Below are positions 7,595 through 16,761 of a stretch of 41,701 nt of DNA, in pieces. The position numbers and the translations under genes were made by a program. The DNA lies in the IMG/VR virus record IMGVR_UViG_3300024232_000007, positions 1-41,701 of that record. One strand, 5' to 3'. Position 1 is the stretch's first letter. Each line of letters begins with the position of its first letter. This DNA comes from a virus. Lineage: Duplodnaviria > Caudoviricetes. The notes under the pieces are model-generated. The model did not search any database and was not told the origin of the DNA. It saw only the letters and a program-made list of their open reading frames with translations.

Positions 7595-9768
7595 TGGGTT
7601 GGGTCGACTCCTCTACCGAACACTTGATCTTGCGCCTGACGTTCTTGCCCCTGCATGTCTCGCAAAGCATCCGCGCCCCGCGTATCGGTCTCGCTCTGGG
7701 CCATTTGGCTCTGTGCGGCCTGCTCGGCTCCTGATGCTCGGCTCATTGCCCGCTGTTCGTCGGCGTTGAAGACTGGGCTGAACAGGTTGGATTTATCCAT
7801 ATTTGCGTTCATGAACGCGGATTCCAGAACGTTGCCGGACGGCATGCCGTTGACGCTCGTGCGGAACGACGCTTGCCCTGACAGCGCGCCGCCTTGCGCG
7901 TAGCTTGGATGAACATACAGCCGATCGCCCGAGTACATTTGCCGCTTCGTCGTGAATCCCAGCCGGGTCGCCCAGAACGAGCCGCCGGTTTGGGTCCACT
8001 CAAGCGAAGCTGTTCTCACAGGGGCTGCCATCGCCTCGTACGAGGTCGTTCCGGTGAAGTTCGCGAGATTTAGCGCAATCGGGCTTCCCGGCGTCAGAGC
8101 AGCCAGGTACTGGCCGATGTACGTTATCTGGCCCTCTTGGACGACATTGGAAACCGTGGCGTGAATCTGCTGCGCCAGCGTCGTCATCGCGGTGGCGCTG
8201 CCCTGATCCCACCATGTTTCGTAGTCGCGGATCAGCGTCCTCTGAACGTTGAACCTGGAGAATGCTGTTCCGGCATAGCCAGAGCTCGGATAGCTGACGC
8301 TCATCGTGCCGCGGCTGTACGGGAGCACCATCTGGATGTCGGTGGCTTGCTGAACGTGCGACCCTCCCGCCAGCAGTGCGGCCTGTGAATTGAAGTAGGT
8401 CACCCACGGCTGATAGAACAGGATGTAGCCGTTATTGGTCCCGTCGTACGGCACAATTTCAAACGACGCCGGGAAAGACCACGGAACGCCACCAGACGAG
8501 CCAATGATCACTCCAGCCGGATACCACGTCTGTTGAACCTGCCCCTGGAATGGTGCCCACTTGACCGCATAGTTGAACTGGTTTACGAGGTGTTGCGCGA
8601 TGTAGGTGTTTGCGATGTTCAGCCGCCGGTAAGCCTGGCTGACGCCGGGTGGAGTGCCAAAGATTTTGTAGGTGGTGTAGCCTGAGCTGGAGAATGGAAT
8701 ATCGACTGTCAGAATCGACGTGCCGCCGGCAGTCAAAGCTGTATTGGCCGTGATCCGCCTGTATTCCGTCATGGCCAGCCCGGTCGAGCTGGCATTGATG
8801 GCCGACACTTGGGCCTGGATGCCACTCCAATAGTTCGCTGCCCATGTCAGGCTGCCATTGCTTGACTGGACCGTCAGAGTCGTCGACGACATCGACGTGA
8901 CGGTTCCGTGATCGGTCCCCGTGCCGCTGTTCAGGTAGTTGTTGATCGTCCACGACGCTTCGAGGTTGTCTCCCGCTGCCGCGTGCGGGTCAACCAGCGT
9001 GGCGTTGCTGAGCGCGAGGTACGCCGGCTCTACGTTGTCCCGGCCACGGTTGATGACCTGCGTATAGCACTCGCTGGTGTCCTCTGAGATCGCATCCAGC
9101 AGGATCGGGTCGGTGCCGAACGTCAGCGTCTGGGGTGTTAGCGTTGTGGTGTCGATGCACCGAATCAGGCCCGTGCCCGTGATGGTGACGGCATAGCGGC
9201 TGCCGTACCACAGTTGCATCAACTGGTCGACCTGGCTCCATAGCCGGTTGCCCTGAATGTAGACCGGATCGGGCGGAACGACCGTGAGCGCTGATAGCTG
9301 TGTCGCCGTCGTCGAATCCGTCGTAACGCCGATCGCGCCAAGTTGCGCGGAATGCTGCGCGAACAGCTGCGAGAGGATCGTTCCAACGCTCAATCCCGCT
9401 TCCGTGGGCTGGTAGTTGATGTTGGTCGACGGCAGATTGAACACCATCGTGCCGGTGCCGTCTGACGCCGTGATTGGGATCAAGTAGGCGCCGAACTTGA
9501 GCGACAGCGCTCTGTAGCCGATCGTGCCGGATTCGCGAGTGAACCCGGACGGGCCACGCCAGAAGATCCAACCGCTGAAAACCGTTGTGCCGCCGATCGA
9601 CAGCGTTACGGCCTGCTCTGGCGCGAACGTGCCGGGCAGATTTGCGGCAAGCTCGGAGAATTCGAGCTCGTCAGGCCCGTCTAGATTGAGCTTCCAGCGG
9701 TTGAGCAGGATCTTGGCGGTGGGCCGATTGACCGCTGAGCCCGCGATGGTGAGGATTGAGGCGGTCAA
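7591..9768 (-). CDS. Large tail-tip/hub protein
   Basis: 725 aa, Thr/Ser/Gly- and beta-rich, directly after the TMP; N-terminus WKLNLDGPDELEF..VTLSIGGTTVFSGWI is typical of hub proteins. Confidence 0.7.
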   Translation of the reverse strand: MTASILTIAGSAVNRPTAKILLNRWKLNLDGPDELEFSELAANLPGTFAPEQAVTLSIGGTTVFSGWIFWRGPSGFTRESGTIGYRALSLKFGAYLIPITASDGTGTMVFNLPSTNINYQPTEAGLSVGTILSQLFAQHSAQLGAIGVTTDSTTATQLSALTVVPPDPVYIQGNRLWSQVDQLMQLWYGSRYAVTITGTGLIRCIDTTTLTPQTLTFGTDPILLDAISEDTSECYTQVINRGRDNVEPAYLALSNATLVDPHAAAGDNLEASWTINNYLNSGTGTDHGTVTSMSSTTLTVQSSNGSLTWAANYWSGIQAQVSAINASSTGLAMTEYRRITANTALTAGGTSILTVDIPFSSSGYTTYKIFGTPPGVSQAYRRLNIANTYIAQHLVNQFNYAVKWAPFQGQVQQTWYPAGVIIGSSGGVPWSFPASFEIVPYDGTNNGYILFYQPWVTYFNSQAALLAGGSHVQQATDIQMVLPYSRGTMSVSYPSSGYAGTAFSRFNVQRTLIRDYETWWDQGSATAMTTLAQQIHATVSNVVQEGQITYIGQYLAALTPGSPIALNLANFTGTTSYEAMAAPVRTASLEWTQTGGSFWATRLGFTTKRQMYSGDRLYVHPSYAQGGALSGQASFRTSVNGMPSGNVLESAFMNANMDKSNLFSPVFNADEQRAMSRASGAEQAAQSQMAQSETDTRGADALRDMQGQERQAQDQVFGRGVDPTQ

Positions 9769-9774
9769 GCAAGG

Positions 9775-11304
9775 TCAGCCGTCGTTGCCCTGCATCATGG
9801 ATTCCTGAACGCGCTCGTGCTGTCGTCGCGCGAAGCGGGTCTGGTAATCGATCTGCGATTTCAGGAAATCATGCCGCCGGTGGATCGAATCCATCATTTG
9901 ATCGGTAGCGTTATTCAGTTTGGCCCAATCAAGCTCTTCCTTGTAGCCTCGCTCGAGTGAAACGTTCGCATCTTCGAGCCTATCCGTTACTTGATTGAAT
10001 CGGTGCACTTCCCTGGCTCGCTGCTGTTGACGCTGCTGAGTCTTGGCCTGTGTCTCGCGTTGTTTGTTCGTCCGCTCCACCAGGTCAGCCACTTGGAGCG
10101 CTTTCGCGTTCTGTTGGTCCTGCACCGTGACGTCGCGATTCCAGTCAGCGTCAGCATCCTCTTGGGCGTCGATGCGCTGCTGGCGGTCCTTCGCTTTCAC
10201 GGCCAGCCGCTTCTTGATTTCCGCAGACCTCTTTTCTTTGACGAGCTTTCTGGTAGCCTTTCGTTCTTTCCAGTCCGAATTGCCCGCGTTGAATTCATCC
10301 ATCTCGTCATCGAATTTGCGGATCGCATCCGGGCTGTTCGCTTCAATCTCACTCGTAATATCTTCCGGCGCGTATTCCTTTAGCCGCCGCAGTGCCGCTG
10401 CGCCCTCTGGGCCGGCCTTGGTGGCGTCTACAACGGTTTGCTCACCGATTCGCCGCCGCACCTTCAGCAGTAGCTCGTGGCGCTCTTGTTCGGCCTTCTC
10501 GCTGGTCTGGCGGGCTTGTCGCTGCTGTGCTTCGATGGTTGCGGGGTCGCCGAACTGAGCGGACGCTTTGATCTGCTCTTCGCTCAAGATGCGCTGGTTG
10601 ATACCGCCAATCTCTTTCATCTCTTCTGGGGACATCGCCTCAAGAACACGCTTCTCACCGATCTTGTTGGCGATCGCTGCGGCGGTCCGCTCTGCGTTGG
10701 GGCGATCTTCCAGGATGGCTTTGAGGTTCGCCGCAGCCTCTTCCTCTGGCGTGGTCGGCTTGACGGTCATTTGCAAAAAGGCTTCGTGGACCTTTTTGAC
10801 CTGCCCCTCGAATTCCTTGAGCTTCTCTTTGGCTTCCTCGATCGCCTCTTTGGTCTCGCCGCCGAACGCTCCCTTGAACGCCGTGGCCAGCACGCCCAGC
10901 CCGACGGCGCCGGCAGAGATGATGCCCGCCATTCCGCTTCCCATGCCCAGCCCCATTAGGATCTGCGGGATGTTGTTCTGGATGGATGCCAGAGCGGGAA
11001 GGAATCCGTTTTGGATCTGGCTCGTGAAGTCCTGGAAGGCGTAGGACGCGCCAAGGATGCCGCGCCCGCCCGCGCCACGCTTGCCGGTCACCAGGTCCAT
11101 TTGCTCGTTCAGGGATCCGAGCTGCGATGCGCCCGCGTTCGACTGGTCAAGAAAATCGCGTAGCGATATCTTGCCTGTGTCGAGCTGCACCTTCAGGTCT
11201 TTGAGTTCGGCCTTCTGCTGCGCGATCAACTTGGTGAGCCCATCGACGGACTCTGAGCCCACCATGTCGAGAACAAGGCGGATTTGGTCTTCTGAAATTG
11301 CCAT
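9775..11304 (-). CDS. Tape measure protein (short, 509 aa)
   Basis: ASYAFQDFTSQIQNG..ALASIQNNIPQI motif, hydrophobic Gly/Ala stretch, long helical body; follows the tail tube gene. Confidence 0.8.
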   Translation of the reverse strand: MAISEDQIRLVLDMVGSESVDGLTKLIAQQKAELKDLKVQLDTGKISLRDFLDQSNAGASQLGSLNEQMDLVTGKRGAGGRGILGASYAFQDFTSQIQNGFLPALASIQNNIPQILMGLGMGSGMAGIISAGAVGLGVLATAFKGAFGGETKEAIEEAKEKLKEFEGQVKKVHEAFLQMTVKPTTPEEEAAANLKAILEDRPNAERTAAAIANKIGEKRVLEAMSPEEMKEIGGINQRILSEEQIKASAQFGDPATIEAQQRQARQTSEKAEQERHELLLKVRRRIGEQTVVDATKAGPEGAAALRRLKEYAPEDITSEIEANSPDAIRKFDDEMDEFNAGNSDWKERKATRKLVKEKRSAEIKKRLAVKAKDRQQRIDAQEDADADWNRDVTVQDQQNAKALQVADLVERTNKQRETQAKTQQRQQQRAREVHRFNQVTDRLEDANVSLERGYKEELDWAKLNNATDQMMDSIHRRHDFLKSQIDYQTRFARRQHERVQESMMQGNDG

Positions 11305-11306
11305 CG

Positions 11307-12194
11307 TTACACCACCGCGATCGTGAAGTCTGTAGCGGCCGTCTTATCGAAGAAAATCTCGTTTTGCAGCCCTTGATAGCCCGGACCGTCCAACGGCAGA
11401 TCATCATTGATGCCGCCGATGTATCCACTGGCCTCTCCGGTGATCGTGACGCTTTTCGGGACCGCATTAGCCCAGCCGGCAACCCACGTCAGAGGCGTCT
11501 GTGCCTCGTAGTTCTGGCGGAACGTCGCCGCCGTGTACTGTGGCGTCATCGTGAAGTTGAGATCACGCCCGGAGTAATAGCACGCCGAAATGGTCGTCGT
11601 TTCGTCCCATGTCGGCTGAAGCACGTTGTTGATCGTGACGTTGAAGTCTTTGTACTTCGTGACCGGCGTTCCGCCGAGCGTGATGTTGCCAGCCGTGTTG
11701 ACGTGCTGGTAAGGATTCTCGGTCGGGTAGCTCGATTGCGCCGGTTGAGCGAAAACCGTGAACGTTGCGTCCAGCGACTGCAAGATCCAATCGATTTCCA
11801 TCGATACATAGTCTTGCTGGGCCGACGACATGATCCGCAGCGAGTGCACCATGCCGCCCAAGTAGCGTTGCACTCTGGTCGAGTCGTAATACTCAATCGA
11901 GTAGCTTCCGAGCTGGTTGGACGTCAAGGTCGTTGCGGCCGTGATCCAATATGCGGCCTGCGTCGGGTACAGCAACGTCTTGAGCGTGCCGACGATAACA
12001 AGCCGGTTGGCCAGCACCTGGATACGCCGGTTGCCAGCGTCAGCCGTCCTGATGATCTGCCGCGCCGGCACGATGCGCGCCGTGAACGAATTGCCGCCGT
12101 ACAAGCGCGGGAATGCTGTTGCGCCAGCGCCGGTGAAAACGCCGTAAGAGGTTTCCTTGAAAAGCTCAATCCATGTCTGTCCAGCCCAAGCCAT
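11307..12194 (-). CDS. Major tail tube protein
   Basis: KETSYG, YLGGMVHSLRI and DFNVTINNVL motifs typical of the Phage_tube_2 type. Confidence 0.8.
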   Translation of the reverse strand: MAWAGQTWIELFKETSYGVFTGAGATAFPRLYGGNSFTARIVPARQIIRTADAGNRRIQVLANRLVIVGTLKTLLYPTQAAYWITAATTLTSNQLGSYSIEYYDSTRVQRYLGGMVHSLRIMSSAQQDYVSMEIDWILQSLDATFTVFAQPAQSSYPTENPYQHVNTAGNITLGGTPVTKYKDFNVTINNVLQPTWDETTTISACYYSGRDLNFTMTPQYTAATFRQNYEAQTPLTWVAGWANAVPKSVTITGEASGYIGGINDDLPLDGPGYQGLQNEIFFDKTAATDFTIAVV

Positions 12195-12204
12195 TGGCGT
12201 TCTC

Positions 12205-12705
12205 CTACGTGTTAATCAGCATCGCGCAGCGAATTCGCCCGCCGCCTACGCGGTAGCGGAACCCCTCATCGATCCGAGGGCTTGAGTAAGCGTTGAGAGT
12301 CATTTCCGGTCGCAGAATGAGGGCTTGCGTCAGTTTGCTCTGCACCGCCATCGCCTCGCTGATGGACTGCGAGAAAACAGCCCGGCGGATCAGCGCCCAG
12401 AAGTTCATGAGATTGACTACATCCAGCCCTCGCACGCCGATCACGAAATCGACCGTCATATCCATCTTGTGCTGCCCCTCCGTGATCCAAATGGACTGCG
12501 TTGCAAACGGGTCCATCCGGATATAGGGGCAAAGCTCGTAGGACGGCTCAAAGAGTTCTTCGTCGGTGTCGTGCTGAGCCAGGAATGTCTTGATATGCGG
12601 GCTCAGCGTCGGATCTTTCCTGATTACCGATTCGAGCGCGCGAAACGCCACGCCTTCCTCCGCGGGGGGACTGATATCGATCTTGGGTGACGCCTTGGTA
12701 CTCAA
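12205..12705 (-). CDS. Putative tail terminator/completion protein
   Basis: Size and position immediately before the tail tube gene; CPYIRMDP motif. Confidence 0.6.
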   Translation of the reverse strand: MSTKASPKIDISPPAEEGVAFRALESVIRKDPTLSPHIKTFLAQHDTDEELFEPSYELCPYIRMDPFATQSIWITEGQHKMDMTVDFVIGVRGLDVVNLMNFWALIRRAVFSQSISEAMAVQSKLTQALILRPEMTLNAYSSPRIDEGFRYRVGGGRIRCAMLINT

Positions 12706-13439
12706 GGGAGAACCGCCGCCTTGTAGGCGATGTGCTCGCGGATCATGAGTCGCGCCCAGTTCCGCATTGCGTCCATCGCCTTGGCCATTCCGGCTGGGCG
12801 CACGCCGCGCAGGTCGCGCTGAATCTGGCCGATGCCCTCAAAGTGGTACTTGAGGAATTGCTGGCCGTGGATGTCCACGACTTCATCCCATGCCCCAATC
12901 GCCATCCATGCTGGTTCACCGTAAGGCGGTCCCGTGAATGCTGTCTTGAGATTCGTGATCACGCGGCTGAATTGCCCTCTGGGCGCGAGCGGTGGGCCTG
13001 ATAAAAGCTGGTATTCGGCATGGGTCAGATTGTTGTTCCGCTCCACCCAGTCAGGCCCGATTCCGGTCAAGCCAGCGAACCGGCCTTTCTTCGCCGAAGC
13101 TGCCTGCCCACGGCGAAAACGCAGGAACATCTGTTTGCGGTCGGCTCGAGCCTTATCCTTGTGCTCTTTGTTGATTCGAGCCACTATTCCCTTGGCGTGG
13201 TAGCCCGCCTTGCGGCCTGCGTGCGCGACATTCCTGATTGGCGCGAGTGGCCGAGGCCGGTATGTGACCGGCGCCATCGGAACGCCATAGCGGTCCAGTC
13301 CGGCAAGCACGCCGGTCCGGTTGTCTTCGTTGATTATATTCATCCACGTTCGCATCAACGGGGTTGCATCGATATGCTTGAGGCTGGCGACGATGTTGGC
13401 CACTCGGTCAAGGCCCGTCATGTCAAGAACGGTGCTCAT
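12702..13439 (-). CDS. Virion morphogenesis protein (gpG/Phage_tail_S-like)
   Basis: GLDRYGVPMAPVT, YHFEG and RDLRGVRP motifs; basic; neck position. Confidence 0.6.
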   Translation of the reverse strand: MSTVLDMTGLDRVANIVASLKHIDATPLMRTWMNIINEDNRTGVLAGLDRYGVPMAPVTYRPRPLAPIRNVAHAGRKAGYHAKGIVARINKEHKDKARADRKQMFLRFRRGQAASAKKGRFAGLTGIGPDWVERNNNLTHAEYQLLSGPPLAPRGQFSRVITNLKTAFTGPPYGEPAWMAIGAWDEVVDIHGQQFLKYHFEGIGQIQRDLRGVRPAGMAKAMDAMRNWARLMIREHIAYKAAVLP

Positions 13440-13617
13440 CGCGCTTGCCCTCCCGTTCCGAAAATCTGATGCCGTTGTCGCCGGCTACCCGTTTGGTATG
13501 CGGGTCGCCCTCAAGCCAGATCACGTCAGGGATGCGCGTAGGAAACGCATCGCACGATACCGGCTTCGCGGATCTATAGTGCTGGCACCGCAAACACGCG
13601 GGAGGTCCGACCGTCAT
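13423..13617 (-). CDS. Small Cys/His protein, candidate immunity or accessory protein
   Basis: CLRCQHY..SCDAFPTRIP..I..G.PH...GDNGIRF; ATGA-coupled to the peptidase gene. Confidence 0.75.
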   Translation of the reverse strand: MTVGPPACLRCQHYRSAKPVSCDAFPTRIPDVIWLEGDPHTKRVAGDNGIRFSEREGKRDEHRS

Positions 13618-15173
13618 AGCCCGAAAGCCTCTCTGATTTGGTTGATCTTGGGGTTTTCGGAATCAGTGCGCCAGCGAGCCCCCGCGAACGCTTCGGCGAC
13701 CGCTTCAAGCTCGTTCGTCGCGCCGTACTCCGACACTTCTTGCCCCTTCAATGGGTCAAATTGGTAGCCGTTCGGCTCTTTGAACACCCGGTGTACTTCC
13801 AGGTACTTCTCCCGGGCCACCTTTCTCATGTGCTCGTCGGCAAGGTGCCCCACTTCGTGCGTCACAAAGTAGCCCGGCCCAGCATGCCCCACGTTCTTTG
13901 GTATCCAGCCGTTCGTTGCGCTGGACTGGAACGCCTTGTCGACTTTCGAGAGCTTCGCCCATTCCTCCCGAGCGAACTTGAGGGCCGCGCCTGCGTTGGA
14001 ATGCTTCACCCACGCGATAGCGCCCTTCTGGACGCGATCTGCTGCCCCGAAGTCCACGACGCCTGCAAAAACGTCGGCGTACTTCTGACTGAGATGGTCG
14101 ACCTCGTTGGCGATGACGTGCCACGACTCGAGCGGGATGCCCTCTACGTTCACGGTGGCGTTCGGGAACACGCCCTTCGCCCATGACTCGACTGCGGCAT
14201 GGTCGGCGAACCTGGATGGCGCCACGGGGCTCTTGGTGGCCTTCGTCGCCCTTCCGGGCGCTGCCTTCATCAGATGCGTTGCATAAGCTGGCTGTGACGG
14301 CTTGGGCTTGGGGGCGTTGGCGGGCGTTGGCGATCCTGGAGAGCCCGGCGCGCCACCTGAACCGCCTGGCTTCGCCCAGTCGTATTGCAAGCCGCGCGTG
14401 TATCGTGGCCCTGAAATCGGGCTCATGACCTTTGGGTTGAGCGGCCTGCCCGGCAGTGACGCTTTCGCGGCCTGGCGGAAATATTTCTCCCACTCCTCTG
14501 GCGTCTTGAATCCCGAGTGCCTTCCCGCTGCAACCACTGCGTGACCGCCCATGAGGTCTAAGTAGCCGGTGCGGTAGCTGCCCGCCCTGGCTGGCTTCGG
14601 TGTAGCCTGAACGCGCCGTACGGGTTCCTCGTAGCGCCCGACCCTCCACTTGTTCCATCGCTCCCAAGCTTGAGCCTTGACGCGCGCCATGGCCTTGGGG
14701 CTGAGCCCGAATGCATCCCGGCCTTGAGCCCGCTGGGCCTCGAGGATGCGTGCCCAGCTATCTCCGGTAATCGCGTCGTATTTCCACCAAAACTCGGCAC
14801 GGTCGGCCAATGCTTTTCCGGTCAAGAGCGAGCGGGTACGCGACTTCTGCCAACCAGGAATCAGGGGTGGCGCGTTGGGATCGCCTCTGCCGGATGGCGT
14901 CATGGCTGACCGGCGGTGCTTCTTCGTCTCTTCCGAGATCGGGCGGAATGGGAGGCCATCCTTATCCAGCCCTTTGGCCAAATCGCGGTCTTTGGCGCGC
15001 AGTCCAAGCTCAACCACCCACTCGTAGAACATCTTGCGGACGTCGGCCGGGAATCGCTCGAATCCAGGCGGATCGAATCCCGAGAGCGTATAACCGTCTT
15101 CTGATGGGGAGGATTTCAAGGTATAATCTGGCCATGGATGAACCGTCGTGGCTTGCCGGAAATCGTGCCGCAT
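13614..15173 (-). CDS. gpG-like virion protein fused to a C-terminal zincin metallopeptidase (true start possibly TTG 15119)
   Basis: N-terminus paralogous to 12702-13439; Pro/Gly/Lys linker; VTHEVGH and VSEYGATNELEAVAEAFA motifs. Confidence 0.8.
   Translation of the reverse strand: MRHDFRQATTVHPWPDYTLKSSPSEDGYTLSGFDPPGFERFPADVRKMFYEWVVELGLRAKDRDLAKGLDKDGLPFRPISEETKKHRRSAMTPSGRGDPNAPPLIPGWQKSRTRSLLTGKALADRAEFWWKYDAITGDSWARILEAQRAQGRDAFGLSPKAMARVKAQAWERWNKWRVGRYEEPVRRVQATPKPARAGSYRTGYLDLMGGHAVVAAGRHSGFKTPEEWEKYFRQAAKASLPGRPLNPKVMSPISGPRYTRGLQYDWAKPGGSGGAPGSPGSPTPANAPKPKPSQPAYATHLMKAAPGRATKATKSPVAPSRFADHAAVESWAKGVFPNATVNVEGIPLESWHVIANEVDHLSQKYADVFAGVVDFGAADRVQKGAIAWVKHSNAGAALKFAREEWAKLSKVDKAFQSSATNGWIPKNVGHAGPGYFVTHEVGHLADEHMRKVAREKYLEVHRVFKEPNGYQFDPLKGQEVSEYGATNELEAVAEAFAGARWRTDSENPKINQIREAFGL
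15122..15127 (+). promoter_or_regulatory. Perfect -10 box for a leaderless transcript
   Basis: TATAAT ends 7 nt before the ATG at 15134; the -35 is weak. Confidence 0.55.
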
Positions 15174-15367
15174 GGGTTGGCCTTCTGGACCAATGCTTGC
15201 GCGAGCTTGGCTATGAATCGCCCGATATTGCCACGTGGGTCAAGGAACGCGAAGCCGCAATCGTGCAACTGAGGGCGATCTGTGAAGAGCATGGCGATAC
15301 CGATTGGGATCACACCATGAACCTGGCCGACGTCATCGAAAAACATTTGGCCAGACATCTCGGTTAA
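15134..15367 (+). CDS. Small acidic helical protein, antisense moron in the structural operon
   Basis: MDEPSWLAGNRAAW...LADVIEKHLARHLG (77 aa) fills the gap between minus-strand genes and shares a TTAA stop with 15364. Confidence 0.7.
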   Translation: MDEPSWLAGNRAAWVGLLDQCLRELGYESPDIATWVKEREAAIVQLRAICEEHGDTDWDHTMNLADVIEKHLARHLG

Positions 15368-15900
15368 GCTGCAGACCCTCCCAGCAACACCAGCCACGCC
15401 GTGACTGTGTGCGATCCGCTATCAAGCTTGATCGTTTTAGACGCTCCGCTTGTCACGTTGCCGTTGCCGCCGCCGGTCGAATTGGGGTCGCTGATCCTGA
15501 TGAACCCGCCATTAGCCCGAGCGAATGCCGGCGCGGTCGAAGGCGGCAAGATTGCCAGCCCGTTCGAGACGCCTTGGTACATGCTGAAGTCGTGGCCTGC
15601 CACTGCGTCGGTGTTGTACAGGAATATTTCCCTGATCCGGGCGAAGTTAACCGAGACGCCGTTTACGTCCAACAAACTCGTGACGTCGATAGTCTGCGTG
15701 GTTGATACGAGCGTGTAGGGCAGCGCGTGAATCGTGTCGATCTGGCCCGCGGCTGTACCGTTTGTGTATGAGAGGATCGCGCCCTGCGCGGTCGAGTTGA
15801 ACGGGATGCTGACGGGGATCGTGTACGGCGTGATGACGCCCGCAACGCTATACAGGATTTCTGCCCAACCGCCGACTTTCGCTGTTACGACTTGGCCCAT
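15364..15900 (-). CDS. Putative structural protein
   Basis: Beta-rich, in the head-neck module. Confidence 0.65.
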   Translation of the reverse strand: MGQVVTAKVGGWAEILYSVAGVITPYTIPVSIPFNSTAQGAILSYTNGTAAGQIDTIHALPYTLVSTTQTIDVTSLLDVNGVSVNFARIREIFLYNTDAVAGHDFSMYQGVSNGLAILPPSTAPAFARANGGFIRISDPNSTGGGNGNVTSGASKTIKLDSGSHTVTAWLVLLGGSAA

Positions 15901-15903
15901 AAT

Positions 15904-16761
15904 TCACACATTCAAGGTGTTTGGTAGTGCGAGCGGGATAAGGTATTCGCCGATTCCATCGGCGTTGGTGTCGATCTCGGCAACGATGCCGGTTGCGAGC
16001 CGCCGCGCTTCGTCGGCATGGAACCGGCCGCACGCAAAGTAGCCCGCGTTGAGGCTGAGCTGTGCAAGTCCCACCTTCGCCAAGGCATAGTGGGTGCAGC
16101 ACTCCACGACTTGCGGCCTGACGATCAACTGGTTCGCTGCCAGGGCGTCGATGATGACCTTGTTCGGCCCCACCGATCGGGTGTAGCCGACGTAGCCGAA
16201 CATGAACGCCGCTTGGGAGTGCATCCCGAACTCGCCCGCGTAGGAGTTGCGGTAATTGTTGATCACCATCCAGTCGAACCAGTTGCGGGCTGCGAGCCGC
16301 TGCGTATAGAAGCCCTCTTGGTCAACGTCCTCGTCCTGGACCTGCGACACCCATGAGGCATTGCCCAGCATGTCGGAGTAACTGTTGTAAGTCAGTGTCT
16401 GCTGTGTCGATGTTCCCGGCTGTGGCAGGCATCGCAGCAGCCCTTCCCAGATTGGCCATGTGATTCCCGAGCGGGCTGCGTAGCACGTGATCAGGTAGCC
16501 GCCGTTCGCTTCCAGCATGGCTGACTGGGCCGCGCTGATCGGTGCCGTGATCTGCCCTTCGTCGAACCCGGTCTGCGTGTTGCCGGCTGTGTACCAGGTT
16601 GGCGTGAACGTGAAAACCGGGGTCTCTGATTGTCCTGCCCAGACTGAGCCTGAGAGCGTGTCGGTACCACGCAGGTCCGTGACCGGCGTTTGCGTCTTGC
16701 GGTTGACGCATTGCAGGTCGTAAGACGCTGGGAAGCCGAGATAGATATCAAGATTCGTCAA
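15904..16761 (-). CDS. Head-tail adaptor-like protein with an extra N-terminal beta domain
   Basis: C-terminal half helical (YNSYSDM..VVECCTHYAL..); position in the neck module. Confidence 0.55.
   Translation of the reverse strand: MTNLDIYLGFPASYDLQCVNRKTQTPVTDLRGTDTLSGSVWAGQSETPVFTFTPTWYTAGNTQTGFDEGQITAPISAAQSAMLEANGGYLITCYAARSGITWPIWEGLLRCLPQPGTSTQQTLTYNSYSDMLGNASWVSQVQDEDVDQEGFYTQRLAARNWFDWMVINNYRNSYAGEFGMHSQAAFMFGYVGYTRSVGPNKVIIDALAANQLIVRPQVVECCTHYALAKVGLAQLSLNAGYFACGRFHADEARRLATGIVAEIDTNADGIGEYLIPLALPNTLNV

Noticed and set aside
11298-12215. 305-aa plus-strand ORF
   Set aside because: Antisense shadow of the tail tube gene.
13756-14667. 303-aa alternative-frame ORF
   Set aside because: Arg-rich off-frame reading inside the peptidase gene.
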